Below are positions 6,015-11,562 of a stretch of 11,562 nt of DNA, piece by piece (positions within the stretch are counted from its first letter, which is position 1; each line of letters begins with the position of its first letter). The translations under genes were made by a program, and so were the position numbers. The notes below the pieces were generated by a model, which was not told the origin of the DNA, did no database searches, and saw nothing but the letters and a program-made list of their open reading frames with translations. Origin of the DNA: an uncultured Pseudomonadota bacterium (GTDB taxonomy: Bacteria > UBA10199 > GCA-002796325 > CAYWXY01); assembly GCA_964462555.1 (NCBI GenBank), contig CAYWXY010000074.1:1-11562 (forward strand). The letters are read 5' to 3'.

Positions 6015-8303
6015 ATGTCTATTAAATCTAAGTTGCTTTACACTTTTTTACTGCTCTCCATTGTGCCAATGGCATTTGTTGCGATCACCTCTTTTATTAA
6101 TACGTCACAGGAAATGAAAGAGGCTGAATTAAGGGACCTTTTCCACATCGCCGACCTGAAGGTTCAAAACATTACACATTATTTTGAGGAACGTCGCAGT
6201 GACATGCTTGCGGCTCAGGCATTTTATATCATCAAGGCAAATTTGCCTGTCCTGATTCAAAATTTTAACACCCCCAATGATCCAGCCTTTCAGAAATCCC
6301 TACAGGCACTAGACAGACAGCTCATCCCTTTTCAAGAGGCATATGATTATATCGATGTCATGTTGACGGATCCTGATGGCCGAATTATGTATGCCACCAG
6401 CCAAATTCATAGGGCTATGGAACTTGGCAAGCCCCTTCCCAACCTGAACAGTGAATCCTTAAGTCAAGCGAAACAAGAAATCACCTTCTCCGATGTCTTT
6501 GAATATGCGGGCAAAAAAGAAATTTTGACACTGGGAGCCGCTTACAATCTAAATGGAAATGCTATTGGTCTCATCGCGTTCGAAGAAGACATGGAGCACA
6601 TCGATCAGTTTATCCAAGACACCACCGGCCTTGGTGCAACAGGTGAAACGCTTATTGGTGTCAGAACTGAGAATGAAGCTCTCTTCATCAATAAGCTCCG
6701 ACACGATCCCACATCAGCCCTCAAGAGAAAAGTGGAGCTCGGCAACAAGGATGCCATCCCCATTCAGGAGGCTGTGCAAGGAATTAATGGCAGCGGCATC
6801 TCTGTCGACTATCGAGGAAAAGAGATCCTTGCGGTATGGCGACACATTCCACTCCTCAACTGGGGACTGGTCGCAAAGATAGACGTTTCAGAGGCATATG
6901 GACCATTATACAAATTGGGTCTCATCAAGGGAATCATTGGTCTCTTCACACTGCTGGTTGTCGCTGTGTTAGCGATCTTTTTTGCAAAATCAATTACAAA
7001 TCCGATTGATAAACTTCGCCAAGGCGCTCAAGCCATAGGCGAGGGACACCTCGATTATCGAATAGGATTAACTGGCAAGGACGAGATTAGCCAATTTGCG
7101 AATACTTTTGACCGAATGGTTGACAACCTCAAAAAAGTAACAACCTCCCGCGATGAACTAGACAAGGAGATCCATGAGCGCAGAGAGTTGGAAGACAAAC
7201 TTCTAAAACTAAACCTTGCAATCGAGCAAAGTACATCGGCCATCATTATTACCGATGATGATGCAGTCATAGAATTTATCAATCCCCACGTTATAAGTGA
7301 AACCGGTTTTACCCGCGAAGAAACCATCGGAAACAAACCGAACATCTGGAAGTCCGGCAAACACACTGAAAAGTTCTACAAGGGGCTTTGGTCTACACTA
7401 AAATCGGGGGATACCTGGGAAGGGGAATTCATCAACAAGAGAAAAAATGGCGACATCTTCTATTGGTCATCTAGCGTCTCCCCCATAAGAGACTCAGAAG
7501 AAAAAATAACACATTATGTCCAAGTGGCCACCAATATTACGGAAAGAAAGAAAATGGAGGAAGATCTCAAGAGATCAAAGGAAGTAGCCGAGAGGGCCAG
7601 CCAGGCCAAGAGCGACTTTCTTGCAAATATGTCCCACGAGCTCAGAACCCCGCTCAATTCCATCATCGGTTTTTCGGAGGTTTTAGAAGATGAAACCTTT
7701 GGACCCATGAACGAAAAACAGAAGGACTATGCGAGTGATATTGTCGGTAGTGGCAAGCATCTCCTCTCTCTCATCAATGACATCCTTGACCTCTCTAAAA
7801 TTGAAGCCGGAAAAATGGAGCTCCTGTTATCCAATTTTGACCTCAAGAACCTGCTTGAAGAAAGTTTGGTCTTGGTAAAAGAAAAGGCAATGAAGCACGG
7901 CTTCAACATATCGACGGATATCGCTGATGATGTTGGAAACGTTGAGGCTGACCAGAGAAAGATAAAGCAGATCATTTACAACCTCCTTTCAAATGCCACA
8001 AAGTTTACCCCCGACGGGGGAGAGATCGGTATCCGGGCAAGCAAAAAGGATGACCATTTCGAGATATCTGTATGGGATTCGGGTATCGGAATTTCGGATG
8101 AAGAAAGGAAAAAGGTTTTTGAAGAGTTCACTCAGTTGGAAAACATTTATTCGAAAGAACAACAAGGAACGGGGCTGGGCCTCTCACTTGTTAAGAACAT
8201 GGTCGAACTTCATGGCGGAAAGATAAATGTCGCCTCAGAAGGTAAAGGCAAGGGAACCACTTTTACCTTTACAATACCACTTAAAATAAAAAAGGAGACC
8301 TAA
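6015..8303 (+). CDS. Membrane sensor histidine kinase: TM, periplasmic Cache-like sensor, TM, HAMP, PAS, HisKA, HATPase_c.
   Basis: 762 aa. RBS GGGGGAG lies 5 nt upstream. TM1 is LLYTFLLLSIVPMAFVAITSF. The periplasmic domain of ~270 aa has a double-Cache-like pattern. TM2 is LIKGIIGLFTLLVVAVLAIFFA. HAMP region: NPIDKLRQGAQAIGEGHLDYRI...FANTFDRMVDNL. The PAS domain runs from AIEQSTSAIIITDDDAVIEFINP to HYVQVATNITERKKMEE. H-box: SHELRTPLNSIIGF. N-box: IYNLLSNATKFT. G1: DSGIGI. G2: GTGLGLSLV. Confidence 0.9.
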   Translation: MSIKSKLLYTFLLLSIVPMAFVAITSFINTSQEMKEAELRDLFHIADLKVQNITHYFEERRSDMLAAQAFYIIKANLPVLIQNFNTPNDPAFQKSLQALDRQLIPFQEAYDYIDVMLTDPDGRIMYATSQIHRAMELGKPLPNLNSESLSQAKQEITFSDVFEYAGKKEILTLGAAYNLNGNAIGLIAFEEDMEHIDQFIQDTTGLGATGETLIGVRTENEALFINKLRHDPTSALKRKVELGNKDAIPIQEAVQGINGSGISVDYRGKEILAVWRHIPLLNWGLVAKIDVSEAYGPLYKLGLIKGIIGLFTLLVVAVLAIFFAKSITNPIDKLRQGAQAIGEGHLDYRIGLTGKDEISQFANTFDRMVDNLKKVTTSRDELDKEIHERRELEDKLLKLNLAIEQSTSAIIITDDDAVIEFINPHVISETGFTREETIGNKPNIWKSGKHTEKFYKGLWSTLKSGDTWEGEFINKRKNGDIFYWSSSVSPIRDSEEKITHYVQVATNITERKKMEEDLKRSKEVAERASQAKSDFLANMSHELRTPLNSIIGFSEVLEDETFGPMNEKQKDYASDIVGSGKHLLSLINDILDLSKIEAGKMELLLSNFDLKNLLEESLVLVKEKAMKHGFNISTDIADDVGNVEADQRKIKQIIYNLLSNATKFTPDGGEIGIRASKKDDHFEISVWDSGIGISDEERKKVFEEFTQLENIYSKEQQGTGLGLSLVKNMVELHGGKINVASEGKGKGTTFTFTIPLKIKKET

Positions 8304-8304
8304 G

Positions 8305-8676
8305 ATGTCGGACAAAAAAACAATCCTCATTATTGAAGACGAACCAAAAAACATCAAGCTGGAGAGAGATATATTGGAGGTGGCCGGTTTCAACGTGCTA
8401 GTAGCGGAAGAGGCCACCACGGGCATACGTATTGCTGAAGAGGAGCAGCCAGACCTGATCATAATGGACTATCAACTACCTGGCATGAATGGACAAGAGG
8501 CCCAAGCGATATTGAAAAAAAATGAAAAGACGAAAAATATAAAGGTCGTTTTTGTAACAGCCTCGGTAACCAAAGAAGAAAAGTTAAAATTAGAAGACAC
8601 TGGATGCCTTGTTTTTGGCAAACCGATTGACACGAGAACATTCGCTGATAGCATGAGGAGAATTATCAATGGATAA
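8305..8676 (+). CDS. Single-domain (CheY-like) response regulator, receiver domain only.
   Basis: 123 aa. RBS AGGAG lies 7 nt upstream; the start is 1 nt after the HK stop. REC signature residues are present: IIEDE (acidic pair), IIMDYQLPGMNG (phospho-acceptor Asp), FVTAS (Thr/Ser), FGKP (Lys). There is no output domain. Confidence 0.85.
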   Translation: MSDKKTILIIEDEPKNIKLERDILEVAGFNVLVAEEATTGIRIAEEEQPDLIIMDYQLPGMNGQEAQAILKKNEKTKNIKVVFVTASVTKEEKLKLEDTGCLVFGKPIDTRTFADSMRRIING

Positions 8677-10114
8677 CGACAAGATGCCACGAGTATTGTG
8701 TGTCGATGATGAACCCAAGAATCTTAAGCTTTTAGATGCCATCCTCTCGCCTCGAGGGTATGAAGTGGTTCTTGCCGACGATGGATTCAAGGCACTCGAA
8801 AGTGTCAAAACAACCCCACCCGATATTATACTCCTGGACATCATGATGCCCAAAATGGATGGTTTTGAGGTTCTAAAAAGGCTTCGTGACGATCCCGAGA
8901 GCCGCCTCATACCGATCGTCATGGTAACAGCTCTGAGTGAAGTCGAGGATCGCGTCAAGGCATTAGATGCCGGCTGTGATGACTTCATTTCCAAACCCTT
9001 TGATAAAACCGAATTGTTGGCCCGCGTTCAGTCCCTCGTAAAACTGAGCTATTATCGCAGGGAACTGGATGAAAAGAAAAAGTTCGAGTCCGTGATTAAT
9101 GAAATGTCTGGTGCAGTCATGGTATGCGATGCGGACGGTGATGTAACACTGGCGAATGAATCTGCCAAAGACTATCTGAGTGGCCTAGCCAGTGGCTCCG
9201 ACTTATACGGAACTCTTTTTGATGGTTATTCGGTCTCTGTATCAGAAGATGAGCTGAAAGACTCAAATGTTAGCCATAAATCATTTGATCTCAATAGAGA
9301 GGAAACTGACGCATTCGGCCCTTTATATCTTAAGGGCTCATTGGATCATATAACCGATCCAGACAACAATGTTACGAGTACAGTAGTGGTCCTTAATGAC
9401 GTTACTGAGGAGATGAGATCGGAAGTACTAAAACAAAATTTTCTTAGTCTAATATCTCATAAACTTAGAACACCTCTTACTATCATTTCATCAGGCACTG
9501 GCCTACTTTCCGAGGGCGTCATAGGAGAACTTAATGAGGAGCAAACGAAAATCGTAAGTTCTGTTACTGGACAGTCATTCAAACTAATGGCGTTAATAGA
9601 AAAACTCATTGCCTTTACTACAGCCTCCTCAGACGAATTGAATTTACCAAAGGAACCAATTGTATTATCAGAGTACTTACCCAGACTCACAGATCCATTG
9701 GTTAAAATTGAAAAAAATAAGAAGATAGAATTAAATATTGACTGCCCTGATAGTACCACAAAGGTGGACATAAATACGATTTACTTTGATCACATTATTG
9801 GCAATCTCTTTGAAAATGCCGTTAAATTTAACAATAACGATACTGTAAAGATTGATATTAAGATCTCCAACCCTAAAGACGGATTTGTTACAGTCTCGTT
9901 TTCCGACAATGGTATAGGCATTCCAGCCGAGGATTATGAGAAGGTCTTTGATAAATTTTATCAGGTCGAGAAGAATTTTACCGGACAGGTAGAAGGTGCT
10001 GGTCTGGGCCTTCCGCTTGTTAGAATGGCCATTGAATCCGCTGGCGGTCAAATCAATGTAACGAGCGAGCTCGAAAAGGGAACGACTTTTGAGTTTACAC
10101 TGCCAACGGCTTAA
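8669..10114 (+). CDS. Hybrid response-regulator/histidine kinase: REC, PAS-like, HisKA, HATPase_c. Soluble.
   Basis: 481 aa. The ATG overlaps the REC gene stop by 8 nt (ATGGATAA); SD GAGGAG lies 8 nt upstream. REC residues are CVDDEP, LLDIMMPKMDG, MVTA and SKPF. H-box is ISHKLRTPL, N-box IGNLFENAVKF, G1 DNGIGIP, G2 GAGLGLPLV. There are no TM segments. Confidence 0.85.
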   Translation: MDNDKMPRVLCVDDEPKNLKLLDAILSPRGYEVVLADDGFKALESVKTTPPDIILLDIMMPKMDGFEVLKRLRDDPESRLIPIVMVTALSEVEDRVKALDAGCDDFISKPFDKTELLARVQSLVKLSYYRRELDEKKKFESVINEMSGAVMVCDADGDVTLANESAKDYLSGLASGSDLYGTLFDGYSVSVSEDELKDSNVSHKSFDLNREETDAFGPLYLKGSLDHITDPDNNVTSTVVVLNDVTEEMRSEVLKQNFLSLISHKLRTPLTIISSGTGLLSEGVIGELNEEQTKIVSSVTGQSFKLMALIEKLIAFTTASSDELNLPKEPIVLSEYLPRLTDPLVKIEKNKKIELNIDCPDSTTKVDINTIYFDHIIGNLFENAVKFNNNDTVKIDIKISNPKDGFVTVSFSDNGIGIPAEDYEKVFDKFYQVEKNFTGQVEGAGLGLPLVRMAIESAGGQINVTSELEKGTTFEFTLPTA

Positions 10115-10129
10115 CAAGAATTGGGTTCC

Positions 10130-11359
10130 CTACTCTTCTCTAAGCTCTTCCTGGAAGGTCTCCAAAGATTCTTGAATAAGTTCCATATCGCCAAAGGCGA
10201 GTGTCGTAAATCTCGACTTAACGGTCTCAGCTCCTCCAACTGCCTGCATAATGCCAACGAGTCCGCCATTTTCATTAACCACTGCGCCTCCACTATCTCC
10301 GGGACAAGCCGCAGAAGTATAAATAATTCTATTATCAACACCATTAATTTTTGCATAGTGCGCGTTGGACGACATATTTATAGGATGTCTGCCGTTACCC
10401 CCAAAACCTATGGAATAAAAAGTTTCATCATCTTTCAGTCTACTGCCAAGCTTGAGTGGCTTTGGAGTACGAATATGTTCCCTTAAAGGAACGGCTACAA
10501 GCGATAGATCACTACCCGGTATAAATCTATTATGTTCAAAATGATTTTTCTTGCCACTGACGACATGTTCAGCTGTTAGATAGAATGCATATCCGTCGGA
10601 GACATCGACACATACCATCGTTCCCTTGCCGTCATACGAGAAGCCCTCAATACCCATCGACACTTCAAGAGTTTTTACACTCCCATAAGCATGCCGTACT
10701 CCTGCCGGAACATCCTTTTTCAAAGGCTGTAATCTCTCGACCATGCGGAGCCACATGTCATTGTTAATAGCCGTATCATCAAATTCTGCATGCCCCTTGG
10801 GGGCTGGATATTCAGGATTTATAAATTTATGAATGGCCAGCTCGACATTATCATAGCCTATAGAACGACCCATCCGTATAAGACGTTCTGCATGACGAAT
10901 GTTTTTCTCCTTACACAATGTCCTTATCCTTGTTATCGTTACTTGGTTTGGATCCTTCTTGGGTACCTGGGCTACTGTTTTAGAATTTTCAACACGTGGT
11001 GTTTTACTATCTTCATCAGCTGTTTTACTTCTACGAACCTCCGGACACTCTTCTAGGCTAGTCGAATTTCTACGCTCAAAACATTTATAATATAAGCTCC
11101 CAAGACATTTCGAATCCAGCATCTTACCTTTCTCGGTATCAACGCTGCACATCTCAAAAACATCCTTCGCAATCCCCTCTTTCCCTTTTTCAATTGTTGC
11201 GGGGTTAATCTCTTTGATATCCCCATCGCTTGTAGATCGAAGATCTCTCCGATATACGCCGAACTCCCAAAACATTTTCTTCGCGTCAGGATCGTCATAC
11301 TCACAGTTTTTCCGTGCATCCTCCTGGGGGACACACTTGATTTTATAAACCTCCGCCAT
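10130..11359 (-). CDS. Trypsin-fold (S1/chymotrypsin-type) serine protease with an uncharacterised Cys-containing N-terminal domain of ~250 aa. No signal peptide. The ORF is open upstream to a TTG at 11467, but the first ATG (11359) is preferred.
   Basis: The C-terminal ~190 aa carry the catalytic triad context: YLTAEHVV (His), GSDLSLV (Asp), ACPGDSGGAV (Ser, canonical GDSGG). The N-terminal region is hydrophilic with scattered Cys (CVPQEDARKNC, CSVDTEKGKMLDSKC...YKC...EEC) and has no hydrophobic leader. The track's TTG-initiated extension (MPPDSPYTKISPIVSFL...) has no SD and an unprotein-like composition. Confidence 0.75.
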   Translation of the reverse strand: MAEVYKIKCVPQEDARKNCEYDDPDAKKMFWEFGVYRRDLRSTSDGDIKEINPATIEKGKEGIAKDVFEMCSVDTEKGKMLDSKCLGSLYYKCFERRNSTSLEECPEVRRSKTADEDSKTPRVENSKTVAQVPKKDPNQVTITRIRTLCKEKNIRHAERLIRMGRSIGYDNVELAIHKFINPEYPAPKGHAEFDDTAINNDMWLRMVERLQPLKKDVPAGVRHAYGSVKTLEVSMGIEGFSYDGKGTMVCVDVSDGYAFYLTAEHVVSGKKNHFEHNRFIPGSDLSLVAVPLREHIRTPKPLKLGSRLKDDETFYSIGFGGNGRHPINMSSNAHYAKINGVDNRIIYTSAACPGDSGGAVVNENGGLVGIMQAVGGAETVKSRFTTLAFGDMELIQESLETFQEELREE

Positions 11360-11470
11360 CAATAGTATTATCGGCGGGGAACAGTGGCATGTTGTTAAAA
11401 TCGGGTAATTCCGTTTCAAAAAAGAAACAATTGGTGAAATCTTGGTATATGGGCTGTCAGGGGGCAATAT

Positions 11471-11487
11471 GTCTCAAAACTTGAGAC
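11471..11487. repeat. Perfect 7-bp inverted repeat gtctcaa-aac-ttgagac upstream of the protease gene. Possible operator or small hairpin.
   Basis: Seen directly in the sequence. No U-tract follows on either strand, so it is more likely a protein-binding palindrome than a terminator. Confidence 0.35.
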
Positions 11488-11562
11488 TTGAAACATAAGC
11501 ACTTGATATGATAGAATAATCTGAGGGGTCGGTTAATTTTCAGTGGAGTATTTAAATGAAGA

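Noticed and set aside
6553-8994. Internal and antisense ORFs within the kinase, REC and hybrid genes (e.g. 6553..6882, 7055..7366, 8235..8462, 8590..8994).
   Set aside because: They overlap confidently called signalling genes and have low-complexity translations.
9457-10486. ORFs 9457..9771, 9731..10117 (-) and 10121..10486 (+).
   Set aside because: They are antisense to the hybrid kinase HATPase domain or to the protease gene. They are AT-rich frames with Ile/Asn/Lys/Phe-rich translations.
11360-11467. TTG-initiated N-terminal extension of the protease ORF.
   Set aside because: It uses a non-ATG start with no SD. The residues (MPPDSPYTKISPIVSFL...) look like translated promoter or UTR sequence. 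The first ATG, at 11359, is preferred.
1-11562. CRISPR arrays, tRNA or rRNA genes, IS elements, integrases.
   Set aside because: I saw no regularly spaced direct repeats, no cloverleaf-like conserved tRNA sequences, and no transposase or integrase-like ORFs in any frame.

Overview
The window holds about nine protein-coding genes and no rRNA, tRNA or CRISPR. All calls rest on hand translation, motif recognition and approximate GC counts; nothing was searched against a database.

Genes, left to right:
- (1) Minus strand: the 5' part of a hypothetical gene (start ~1196, body runs off the left edge). It has a Lys-rich linker and is missing from the supplied ORF track because it has no in-window stop.
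- (2) Plus strand: an SPFH/band-7 (prohibitin/HflC-like) membrane protein with a good RBS, followed by a textbook bidirectional intrinsic terminator.
- (3) Minus strand: a two-gene operon, an APA-family basic amino-acid/polyamine antiporter (AdiC/PotE/CadB-like) translationally coupled through a TAATG overlap to a class-I SAM-dependent methyltransferase. It is preceded by an exported protein or lipoprotein of unknown function.
- (4) Plus strand: three tightly packed signalling genes. A membrane Cache-HAMP-PAS histidine kinase is followed by a stand-alone REC protein and then a REC-PAS-HisKA-HATPase hybrid. No DNA-binding output domain is present.
- (5) Minus strand, convergent: a cytoplasmic trypsin-fold (S1, GDSGG) serine protease with an uncharacterised Cys-containing ~250-aa N-terminal domain.

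Non-coding and compositional features:
- A nested inverted-repeat structure lies in the lipoprotein-antiporter intergenic region.
- A palindrome sits upstream of the protease gene.
- GC content drops from roughly 45-55% to roughly 30-40% beginning inside the hybrid kinase gene and continuing through the protease gene.

The most interesting candidates are the output-less phosphorelay module with its adjacent atypical protease in a compositionally distinct segment, and the antiporter-methyltransferase pairing.
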